A DNA stretch of 39,106 nt from a virus (lineage: Duplodnaviria > Caudoviricetes): positions 1 through 39,106 of the IMG/VR virus record IMGVR_UViG_3300037851_000969. The stretch is one strand, 5' to 3'. The notes beneath the pieces are model-generated. The model did not search any database. It had not been told where the DNA came from and saw nothing but the letters and a program-made list of their open reading frames with translations. Below, piece by piece: positions 8,451-16,052 of the stretch; within the stretch, counting starts at the first letter, position 1, and each line of letters starts with the position of its first letter. The translations under genes and the position numbers were made by a program.

Positions 8451-8627
8451 ATGGGCGAACGAACCTGTCCAGGACAAGAAGCGCTCCTCGAGATGAACCG
8501 GAAATACGGAAAGACGATGCTCGACGCGATCGTGAATGACGACTACTGCCAGAGTTTCAACAACGGCCGAGGATGCAAGCACTGGCACGAAAGGAGGTGC
8601 AATGCTCGTGAAGAACGAATCGACTGA
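8451..8627 (+). CDS. 58-aa Cys-rich protein (absent from the ORF track)
   Basis: MGERTCPGQEALLEMNRKYGKTMLDAIVNDDYCQSFNNGRGCKHWHERRCNAREERID fills the gap between neighbours. Confidence 0.55.
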   Translation: MGERTCPGQEALLEMNRKYGKTMLDAIVNDDYCQSFNNGRGCKHWHERRCNAREERID

Positions 8628-8832
8628 ACTACTCTCAGAATTCGCGCCAACAGACCCGCTCCTCCTCAGAATCAAAGACTTAGAAGTGAAGCTCGAGCGT
8701 GTCGAACGCGTCAGCGCGAACGATCGCGCCGACCAGTGGACGATGATCAGCGCGCTCACCAGAACCATTGAAGCTCAAGAACGGAGGTTGAGAGAATGCA
8801 GGAACAAGAAATCGAAAGCATCGTCGTGGTGA
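8602..8832 (+). CDS. Small coiled-coil protein
   Basis: AAGGAGGTG RBS before ATG 8602. Confidence 0.6.
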   Translation: MLVKNESTELLSEFAPTDPLLLRIKDLEVKLERVERVSANDRADQWTMISALTRTIEAQERRLRECRNKKSKASSW

Positions 8833-10358
8833 AGAACCCGCGCAAAGACTACGGCGACCTGGAAGAGCTCGCGCGAAGCATCAAAGAGGTCGGCGTGCTC
8901 GAGCCGATCCTCGTGAACACGAAAGGAGAACTCATCGCGGGCGAACGACGACTACGAGCGGCCAAGATGGCAGGCCTGCAGAAGGTGCCAGTACGCGTCA
9001 TCGACCTGACGAAAGACGAGACTGAGGCCGTCAAGCTCGTCGAGAACGTGCAGCGCAAAGACCTGAACCCGTTCGAAGAAGGCGAAGCGTACGCGGCGTT
9101 TCTCAAGGACAAGAAGCACGGGAGCGACTGGCTCGAGCAGAAACTCGGCAAGAAGAAAGGCTACGTGCAACGACGAGTCAACCTGACGCGACTCGGCGAG
9201 GACGGACGCAAAGCACTCCTCGCTGGGAAGTTGCAACTTGGTCACGCGAGCATCCTCAGCCAGCTCAACCCTGACGAGCAGAAGAAGGTCCTCAAGACGG
9301 TTCTCGAGCACGAGCTCAGCATCCAGGAGCTCCGCGACGCGCTCGCTTTCACCGACTTGGATTTTGAAGGACTCCCGGCGCGTCTCCGCAAGGACACGTA
9401 CGCCCAGACCACCCTGTTCAGCGATCTTGGCAAGGAGCTCAAAGTGGACGACAAAGATCTGCACGACGTCTTGAAGGCGCGGATCGCGAAGTATGTGGAA
9501 GAGCAGCGAGCGAAGCTCCGCGCGAAGAACGTGCGCGTCTATGCGAAGCCGGGAGATCTCCTCAAGGCGAACCCTGAGAGCGTGAAGCTGAGTGAGTACG
9601 ACTACGGCTCGAAATTCCCTGTTCCGTACCACGAAGCTGTGAAGAAGTTGCCGGGGAGCCAGGACTACGCGGTCGTCTTGTACTACGATCACTGGATAAA
9701 GACGGACGTGTACTGCACGAACCCGGCGAGCGTGAAGAAGACTGCTCAGGAACAGCAAGCACGAAAAGAAGGCAAGAAACCTTCTCAGAAAGACGAGGAA
9801 GCAACCGAGAAGCTGCTCGAGCAGAACAGGGAGGACCGTCTCAAAACGAGAGTCGCCGAGTACCGCCTCGACGTGCTGCGCAAGCTCGCGCCGAAACACC
9901 ATTATGACTCAGAAACGCTGAGCAAAGCAGTCACGGCCTTCCTCGCCTGGAAAGGAGCGTACGGCCTCGACACGGATGTGCAAGAACGACTGCGCAAAGA
10001 AGGCGTAGGCGTCAGCATCCCACAGTACGGAGGGACGCCGAGCCTCGCGAACTTCCTCAAAGCAGGCAAAGAGCTCGACAAAGTCCTCCTGGCAATAAAC
10101 CAGAAAGCAGTGGAAATCCTGCCGCCGGACGACTTGGAAAGCTTCCACGCCTCCGCGAAGACAGACCTCTCGCAAGAATGGACGGTCGATGAGGAGTTCC
10201 TCGAGCTGCACACGAAAGACCAGCTCGGAAGCCTCGCGCGAGAACTCAATATCAGCCTGGAGGATGCGTCCAAGAAAGACGCGATCATCAAGGCGATCAT
10301 CAAAGCCAAACCGAAGGGCAAGGTGCCGAAGGTCCTCGCCCGGAAAACCACGAGGTGA
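8796..10358 (+). CDS. parB: ParB/Spo0J-family protein with long C-terminal extension
   Basis: LARSIKEVGVLEPILV, IAGERRLRA arginine patch, ENVQRKDLNPFEE, HTH region; 520 aa. Confidence 0.9.
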   Translation: MQEQEIESIVVVKNPRKDYGDLEELARSIKEVGVLEPILVNTKGELIAGERRLRAAKMAGLQKVPVRVIDLTKDETEAVKLVENVQRKDLNPFEEGEAYAAFLKDKKHGSDWLEQKLGKKKGYVQRRVNLTRLGEDGRKALLAGKLQLGHASILSQLNPDEQKKVLKTVLEHELSIQELRDALAFTDLDFEGLPARLRKDTYAQTTLFSDLGKELKVDDKDLHDVLKARIAKYVEEQRAKLRAKNVRVYAKPGDLLKANPESVKLSEYDYGSKFPVPYHEAVKKLPGSQDYAVVLYYDHWIKTDVYCTNPASVKKTAQEQQARKEGKKPSQKDEEATEKLLEQNREDRLKTRVAEYRLDVLRKLAPKHHYDSETLSKAVTAFLAWKGAYGLDTDVQERLRKEGVGVSIPQYGGTPSLANFLKAGKELDKVLLAINQKAVEILPPDDLESFHASAKTDLSQEWTVDEEFLELHTKDQLGSLARELNISLEDASKKDAIIKAIIKAKPKGKVPKVLARKTTR

Positions 10359-10364
10359 TGAACA

Positions 10365-10589
10365 GTGACTCTGAGCCAAGTCGTAAACCGTTTTCTCGGA
10401 CGAGACAGGAAAGGACGCTATAGCGACCGGGAACTCTTGAGCCGTGAACGCCACGAAGCCAAGTACGTGCGGCGCACGTGCGCGAGAATCCTCCAACGAA
10501 CAGCACGGATGACGGGGAAGGAGACGATCCCACTCTCCATCGGCCAGCTGCGACGGATCTGCCTGTATGCGCTGCGGAGGCAGGGCTAA
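10365..10589 (+). CDS. Small basic hypothetical protein
   Basis: GAGGTGA RBS; stop overlaps the next start (TAATG). Confidence 0.6.
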   Translation: MTLSQVVNRFLGRDRKGRYSDRELLSRERHEAKYVRRTCARILQRTARMTGKETIPLSIGQLRRICLYALRRQG

Positions 10590-10792
10590 TGGCCGATCCT
10601 GGTGAGATCATCACGTTTCTCGTCCTGGCGAGCTTGTACCTCTTGCCGAGCATCTTCGCGTTCGGCCGGGGGCACCAGCAGCGCGGAACGATCGCGGTGA
10701 TCAACCTGTTCTTGGGCTGGACGATCATCGGCTGGATTGTCGCGCTCGCGTGGGCGTGGGGAGGACTCGAGGAACCGCGTCGACGACGATAA
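10589..10792 (+). CDS. Superinfection immunity protein (T4 Imm-like membrane protein)
   Basis: YLLPSIFAFGRGH...IAVINLFLGWTIIGWIVALAWA matches the Imm_superinfect consensus. Confidence 0.88.
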   Translation: MADPGEIITFLVLASLYLLPSIFAFGRGHQQRGTIAVINLFLGWTIIGWIVALAWAWGGLEEPRRRR

Positions 10793-10804
10793 AAAACTTT
10801 TTTT
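10791..10804 (+). terminator. Oligo-T terminator
   Basis: AAAAAACTTTTTTT at the stop codon, same motif as 1820-1832. Confidence 0.6.
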
Positions 10805-10805
10805 C

Positions 10806-10824
10806 TACATTGTTTTACAATGTA
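10806..10824. promoter_or_regulatory. Perfect 8-3-8 palindrome, protein-binding site candidate
   Basis: TACATTGT-TTT-ACAATGTA in AT-rich intergenic DNA. Confidence 0.6.
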
Positions 10825-10862
10825 ACGCACATAAATGCAAATGATGCGGAGGGACCAGCACA

Positions 10863-11282
10863 ATGACGACCAGAATCAAAACAATGCTCGCGAACACGCG
10901 CCAAACCAGGGACTGCCTCACCATCAGCTACCGCAACGTCGTAAAATGCAGCAAAGCCCCTGCAGAGTCGCCGGAGCATCGCAACGTGAAATGGTGGCTC
11001 GCCTGCTTTTGCTGGGACCACGCGCTCAACTTCCACACCGAAGCCACGTGGACTGGCGGGAGCGGACGAGCAGACTTCATCGTCGAAGAATGGGCGGTCT
11101 GCTTCGAAATCCTCGAAACCGAAGAAGCGAAGACGTTCGAGAAGAAGAACTACCCGCTCTGCACGATCCCGATCCGGACAACGAGCGACCTGATCGAACT
11201 GCACGCAGCCCTGCGAGAGCTCTACGACACAGCAGGAGGTGCGGCAGACTTCTACAGAAAGTTATATAAAGGACGTTTATAA
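10863..11282 (+). CDS. PD-(D/E)xK-like nuclease
   Basis: HRNVK...FHTEA...GRADFIV...CFEILETE. Confidence 0.7.
   Translation: MTTRIKTMLANTRQTRDCLTISYRNVVKCSKAPAESPEHRNVKWWLACFCWDHALNFHTEATWTGGSGRADFIVEEWAVCFEILETEEAKTFEKKNYPLCTIPIRTTSDLIELHAALRELYDTAGGAADFYRKLYKGRL
11255..11270 (+). promoter_or_regulatory. BRE/TATA box candidate
   Basis: CAGAAAG-TTATATAAA upstream of the structured non-coding region. Confidence 0.55.
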
Positions 11283-11333
11283 CTGCAGTCAACAGGTGGA
11301 AGCGATGACGAAGATTCTTTCATTACACTCATC

Positions 11334-11502
11334 GAGGAAATCCTTGCGGGGACGGTTGAGGGATTCATCGCTTTCACCAGAGGCCGAATTCTTCACTACC
11401 CCGCAAGGACCTCAGAGCCTTCACGATTCCACAGCGGATAACCGGACAGCACTCCAGAGGTTAAAGCCCTCTGGCACGGGACGAGCCCACACTCGTCCCG
11501 TG
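11334..11502 (+). ncRNA. Candidate structured RNA or long 5' leader (three hairpins)
   Basis: Stems 11341-11351/11399-11409 (11 bp perfect), 11357-11366/11386-11395 (two G-U pairs), 11454-11460/11468-11474, 11475-11485/11492-11502 (11 bp perfect). Confidence 0.55.
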
Positions 11503-11528
11503 TTCAAACTCACAAGAGGGAATCAACG

Positions 11529-12783
11529 ATGATCCCGCCAGTCGAAACCATCGAGACGACCAAGCTCCAGACTGACGGGCAAAACCCGAACCGGCTCACG
11601 AAAGCGCAAGAAAAAGCCCTCTCCGCGAGCATCAAAAAATACGGTTTCCTCTTCCCTATCGTGACGAACAAAGACCTCGTCGTCGCGGACGGGGAGCACC
11701 GATTGCAAGCCGCGAAGAACCTCGGCCTCGAAGCAGTCCCCGTGATCAGGCTTCCCATCCAGGAGGTCGACCGGCGCATCCTTCGCCAAGTCCTCAACAA
11801 GATCAGAGGCGAACACGATCCGCGCCTCGACTTGGAAGAATTCAAAAGGCTCTACGCGTCACAAGTAGACTTGTCAGAGCTCGGTGTCCTCCTCGCGAAA
11901 GACGAAGAATATTTCCGGCGACTCCTCGGAACGGACAACTTTGAAGGACGAACAGACCCGGATGCAGTCCCTGAATGCGTTAAGACGATCGTGAAGGAAG
12001 GAGAACTCTGGTTGCTCGGCGAGCACCGGCTCCTCTGCGCGGACAGCACCGTGCCAGAGAACGTACAAAGAGCTGTAGGGGGGGGGGAAGATCGATCTCA
12101 TCTTCACCGACCCGCCGTATGGCGTGGATTATGTGAAGCTGCGCGAGAGCTATCGGAAGAGCGAAGAACGACGAACCGGCGAAGCGGCGAGCAAGGGCGA
12201 CTGGGACGCGATCGAAGGGGACGATCTGCGCGGCGACGATCTGAAAAACTTCTGCAAGACGTTCATCAACGCGAGCAGAGAATCCTGGAAGAACAACACG
12301 AGCGTGTACATCTGCTTCGCAATGAAGAATGTCCACCACCTCATTGCCGCCGTGGACGAGCTCAATCTCAACTACGCCATCCCCCTCATCTGGAACAAGG
12401 ATCGAATCAATATCAGCTGGAACCGCTACCACCCAGACTACGAAGTCATCGTGTACGGAGGCCCAGGCAGCGTCCCAACGGGTCCGAAGAGTCGCTGGCA
12501 CGGACCAAACAACGAACGATGCGTCTGGACGATCACGAACGTGACGAAAGGCTACGTGCACCCAACGCAGAAGCCAGTCGAGCTCGTCGAACGAGCGCTC
12601 AGGAACAGCACGGCCGCCGAGGAGATCGTCCTGGACCAGTTCGGCGGAAGCGGAACCACCCTCATCGCAGCTCACAAGACGAACCGCCGAGCAGTCATCC
12701 TGGAGAAAGACGCATCGTACTGCAGCACGATCATCAAGCGCTGGGAGGAATATACTGGCCTGCAAGCCGTGAAGGGATCGTGA
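11529..12783 (+). CDS. ParB-N domain fused to an amino (m6A/m4C) DNA methyltransferase, frameshifted at a G10 tract
   Basis: First frame: SIKKYGFLFPIV, DGEHRL, LWLLGEHRLLCADST; second frame after the G-run: KIDLIFTDPPYG, HPTQKPVELV, VLDQFGGSGTT; removing one G gives a 417-aa intact enzyme. Confidence 0.9.
12078..12087 (+). repeat. G10 homopolymer at the methyltransferase frameshift
   Basis: GCT GTA GGGGGGGGGG AAG ATC GAT; G9 would be in frame. Confidence 0.9.
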
Positions 12784-12787
12784 TCGC

Positions 12788-13060
12788 GTGACGTACTGGT
12801 GTCCGAACGGCTGCGGAAAAAGCGTGACGGGATTCCCAAAGCAAGGATTCGACTGCCCACGCTGCAACGAATGGTGGCCAAGCAAAAAATGCCTGGTGCG
12901 AGCCCAAGAGCTCAGCGAGAACCACACAAACCCCCTCGTGCACGTGTGCAGACACTGCAGAGGACGAGGAACAACAGAAAACACCAGCACGTGGACGAAA
13001 GAACCGTGCACAACCTGCAAAGGAACAGGACGAATCACCACACCAAAGAGGAAAAAATAA
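12788..13060 (+). CDS. Double zinc-ribbon protein with DnaJ-type CxxCxGxG motifs
   Basis: CPNGC...CPRC, CRHCRGRG, CTTCKGTG. Confidence 0.75.
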   Translation: MTYWCPNGCGKSVTGFPKQGFDCPRCNEWWPSKKCLVRAQELSENHTNPLVHVCRHCRGRGTTENTSTWTKEPCTTCKGTGRITTPKRKK

Positions 13061-13542
13061 TGCCTAAAGTCAAACCCGGAAGCCCATACAACGAGAAAAG
13101 AAATCAAGCAAAAAACCGCGCGTACGAACTCTACTACATCTTCGACAAAACAACCAGCGAAATCGCCCGCGAACTCAAAGTCGAAAGAAAAACAATCGAC
13201 CGATACCTGGAAGAACTCAAAAAAGAACACAACCCCGCAAACACCGACAGACAAGAAACCCTAAGACAACGAATCATCGCAAGAACAGAGACCATCCTCA
13301 CAGACCAAATGATCCACCGACTCGCAACCGGACAAGGAAACGCGAGAGTCAAAACAAACGAAGCAGTCAGCAGAACACTCAAAAATTGCACCGACCTCCT
13401 CTGCGACATCGGAGCACTCAACAAAACACCACTCAGCATCGAAACCACCATCAAAAAAGAAACCCTCCCCGAAGACATCCAAGAAAGCATCATCAAAGCC
13501 TACGAAGAACGAATAAAGAAAAAGGAGAAAAACACACAATGA
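13060..13542 (+). CDS. terS: Terminase small subunit (HTH), putative
   Basis: TTSEIARELKVERKTIDRYL HTH, helical oligomerisation-like region; downstream of the MTase and upstream of TerL; start at TAATG overlap. Confidence 0.65.
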   Translation: MPKVKPGSPYNEKRNQAKNRAYELYYIFDKTTSEIARELKVERKTIDRYLEELKKEHNPANTDRQETLRQRIIARTETILTDQMIHRLATGQGNARVKTNEAVSRTLKNCTDLLCDIGALNKTPLSIETTIKKETLPEDIQESIIKAYEERIKKKEKNTQ

Positions 13543-13814
13543 ACCGCTCATCGCCAACCGAAGACCAAAACGGTCGGTGCAGCCAGAAACCCCGCAACCG
13601 CGCGAGCGCACGACGCACCAGGACTCACCTCACAAACCTTCCTGGCGGGGTTGGTGATGGTTCAGGCTTCGCGGCCCGGTTGGCGATGATGTTCTCCGTA
13701 GCAGTGCTTAAAGTTTTTGCGTTCGTTCCGGGTGCTTTTTTGGTTTTTGGATTTTCCGTATTATGGAATATTTCTGAAACTTCTAAGCAGCATTTAAACG
13801 GGGTGTCTGCTTGA
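13539..13814 (+). CDS. Possible small membrane protein spanning the skew switch
   Basis: AAGGAG RBS, ATGA overlap at start and TTGA overlap at end; hydrophobicity could merely reflect T-richness. Confidence 0.35.
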   Translation: MNRSSPTEDQNGRCSQKPRNRASARRTRTHLTNLPGGVGDGSGFAARLAMMFSVAVLKVFAFVPGAFLVFGFSVLWNISETSKQHLNGVSA

Positions 13815-14341
13815 CCGGCATCACGATCACCAAGCCAGAATTAATCGGCACGATCGAAGAACGGGTGAAAGCAGGCGAAGAAGGGCCTCGTTGCGAAGAC
13901 ACGATGCTCCTGAGCATCACGGACCAGGAAGGCGAGCTCTACCTCATCGCGCCCGTCTCGGATGTGAGCGTAAAGAACAAAGTATACAATCCCGGCGAGA
14001 GCCCTCTCGAAGTCGACGTCGAGCTCGACCCATCAATCCCGGCCGAAAAAGCCTCGGAGATCAAGACGAAGATTCTCCGAACACTCGGCGACAGCCACCA
14101 CGTCGTCCAGCTCACGATTCGAACAACGATCCCTCGAAAGCTCGTCCCTCCCGTCTTCTTCTGCGCAAGCCTCACAGACGATCCGGGTCCGCGCTATGCG
14201 CACCAATGGGTGAGTCTTGGCTACAGCCGCCTCCTCTGGAACCTGCGAAGCGCGACCGTCCTGAAGCAGACGGATGACGAGATCGTCTTGCTCGGCTTGA
14301 AAAAAGGCTGGCTTTTCCAGCGACACGTCCCGGAACGGTGA
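13811..14341 (+). CDS. Hypothetical protein
   Basis: 176-aa ORF with typical codon style; TTG start uncertain. Confidence 0.65.
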   Translation: MTGITITKPELIGTIEERVKAGEEGPRCEDTMLLSITDQEGELYLIAPVSDVSVKNKVYNPGESPLEVDVELDPSIPAEKASEIKTKILRTLGDSHHVVQLTIRTTIPRKLVPPVFFCASLTDDPGPRYAHQWVSLGYSRLLWNLRSATVLKQTDDEIVLLGLKKGWLFQRHVPER

Positions 14342-14348
14342 GAATGAG

Positions 14349-14741
14349 ATGGAACGCCCCTCCCAGATCAGCTACACCGCCGCGAGCGTCCAGACGGCGA
14401 GCGCGATACTCCCGAGCCTGGAAGAGTTCCGGATCGTCGAAGCCCGGATGAACGAGCCAGGCGGAGAATTCGCCGAGCTCATCGACTGGGTGTTCTACGG
14501 ACGGTACGGGCCGGAATACCTCAAGGTCACGACCGTCTTCAAGAACGGGAACGGATTCACCGCGATCGTGAAAGAGGACACGCGCACCTTCTTCGTTGAC
14601 AATCTGCACGCCATCGTCGCGACGTACTCGACGCTAAAAGCCGCCGAGTTCGGCCACGACTACTGGGTGGAGCGAGCGCGACAACGAGACTTGGAGGTGG
14701 GGGATGGCACACATCATCTTCGTTGCGTACGCGAGCCCTAA
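14349..14741 (+). CDS. Hypothetical protein
   Basis: GGTGA RBS, 130 aa. Confidence 0.65.
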   Translation: MERPSQISYTAASVQTASAILPSLEEFRIVEARMNEPGGEFAELIDWVFYGRYGPEYLKVTTVFKNGNGFTAIVKEDTRTFFVDNLHAIVATYSTLKAAEFGHDYWVERARQRDLEVGDGTHHLRCVREP

Positions 14742-15150
14742 AAAGCACGCGATGATCCAGCAGGCCGTGAACGAGCAGCTCGCGTACGACCGGCAGGGAA
14801 AGCTGCGTCGAGGCAAGGACCGGCCCGTTCTCAGCGAGGTTCGCTTGTATGACATCAGGGTGAAGCGGCAGTTCATCCCGGAAGTGATGCGCGACCTGAA
14901 CATTAACGGCCTCGCGTACGACAAGAACGCGAAGTACGCGCGCGCCACGAAGAAAGGCGGGTGGTTCAGCGGGTACTGGATCGGACACTTCGGATTCCTC
15001 GTAAGGATCGGACGGCGAATCCTCCGACTCAAGAACCCCCCCGCCCCGGCGCCGGAAGCGGAGCGAAAGCTCACCCTTCCGGGCTGGCACTATGCGGCGT
15101 GCGTTGGCCTCATCGATGATATGATCGATGACGACGAGGACATCCTATGA
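14704..15150 (+). CDS. Hypothetical protein
   Basis: GGAGGTG RBS, acidic C-terminus. Confidence 0.7.
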   Translation: MAHIIFVAYASPKKHAMIQQAVNEQLAYDRQGKLRRGKDRPVLSEVRLYDIRVKRQFIPEVMRDLNINGLAYDKNAKYARATKKGGWFSGYWIGHFGFLVRIGRRILRLKNPPAPAPEAERKLTLPGWHYAACVGLIDDMIDDDEDIL

Positions 15151-15272
15151 TGCGCCCGCGCGAAGCGGATTTGCTCTTTGCGCACCGCGAAGAGAAAGAC
15201 GACGACGGGAACGTCGTGTGCCGGTTGTGCGGTATCATCGCGCACGCAAAGAAAAACGAGGAATCGCGATGA
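15147..15272 (+). CDS. 41-aa protein (absent from the ORF track)
   Basis: MMRPREADLLFAHREEKDDDGNVVCRLCGIIAHAKKNEESR; ATGA overlaps at both ends. Confidence 0.55.
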   Translation: MMRPREADLLFAHREEKDDDGNVVCRLCGIIAHAKKNEESR

Positions 15273-15604
15273 AAGCGCTGTGCATTCAAGAACCCTGGGC
15301 GAGCTTGATACGATCAGGCCGGAAGACGATCGAAACGAGAACGTGGTACACGAAGTACCGAGGACCCGTCCTCTTGGTCGCGAGTAAGAAGCCTATCGGG
15401 CCTCTCAGCGGCCACGCGTTCGCAGTCGCGAGGATCACCGACATTCACCTGATGACAAAGAAACACGAGGAAGCGGCTTGTTGCGAGGTCTATCCTCGTG
15501 CGTGGGCGTGGAGACTCGAAGAGATCCGCCCGATCAAGCCGATCAAGCGTACCGGCGCGCTCGGATTGTACAACGTCGTCGGACTCCCGGAGGACTTTGA
15601 ATGA
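15269..15604 (+). CDS. ASCH domain protein
   Basis: MKALCIQEPWASLIRSGRKTIETRTWYTKYRGPVLLVAS (GxKxxExR). Confidence 0.9.
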   Translation: MKALCIQEPWASLIRSGRKTIETRTWYTKYRGPVLLVASKKPIGPLSGHAFAVARITDIHLMTKKHEEAACCEVYPRAWAWRLEEIRPIKPIKRTGALGLYNVVGLPEDFE

Positions 15605-15957
15605 ACGGCGTGTACCAGAGGATCACGAACAACCAGGGTGTCCGTCTACTCTATGGGGCGCGGTGGTACTTCAACCTCGGCATCGCGCAAGTGAGCTGGG
15701 TGACGGGCAAGCTGCCCGAGCTGATGGCTTTCCTGTTTCTCGCAGATTACCTCGGGTTTCCCGTGCCAAGAGACGCGGTGCCGCCGCTGATCGGGGCGGG
15801 CGTGCTCGCGCTCATCCTCCTCGGCTGGTGCTGGAAGCACGCCGGGTTCTACGACACGGAAGCGTACGTGAACGCTCGCAAAGACCCAGTCCAGGCGGAA
15901 CTCCTGGAAGCGGCGAGGATCATCAAAGCCGCGAACGATCGGAGGAAGCAACGATGA
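15601..15957 (+). CDS. Membrane protein (2 TM)
   Basis: Two hydrophobic segments followed by a charged tail. Confidence 0.7.
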   Translation: MNGVYQRITNNQGVRLLYGARWYFNLGIAQVSWVTGKLPELMAFLFLADYLGFPVPRDAVPPLIGAGVLALILLGWCWKHAGFYDTEAYVNARKDPVQAELLEAARIIKAANDRRKQR

Positions 15958-16052
15958 ATACCTGTAGGCACTGCAAGAAAGAACGACCCTTGAGCTCTCG
16001 AGGGCTCTGTGTGAGCTGCGAGCTCGACACGATGAACGACCAGCAACGATGA
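15954..16052 (+). CDS. 32-aa zinc-finger protein
   Basis: MNTCRHCKKERPLSSRGLCVSCELDTMNDQQR; GGAGG RBS, ATGA overlaps at both ends. Confidence 0.6.
   Translation: MNTCRHCKKERPLSSRGLCVSCELDTMNDQQR

Noticed and set aside
11239-11532. 97-aa ORF across the structured intergenic region
   Set aside because: No motifs, atypical composition and overlap with the nuclease gene; the hairpins are better explained as RNA structure, though coding is not fully excluded
10863-12783. Type II restriction-modification pair (nuclease plus methyltransferase)
   Set aside because: The genes are separated by a promoter-like box and structured spacer, and ParB-MTase fusions next to terminase genes are common orphan viral enzymes; pairing is not supported by the sequence alone
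11529-12791. 420-aa ORF taken as a single real protein
   Set aside because: After the G-run it becomes Arg-rich and motif-free, while the methyltransferase motifs continue in the adjacent frame
11980-13254. 424-aa minus-strand ORF with a hydrophobic Val/Phe-rich N-terminus
   Set aside because: Mirror of the A/C-rich + strand around terS and of the methyltransferase; not a credible membrane protein
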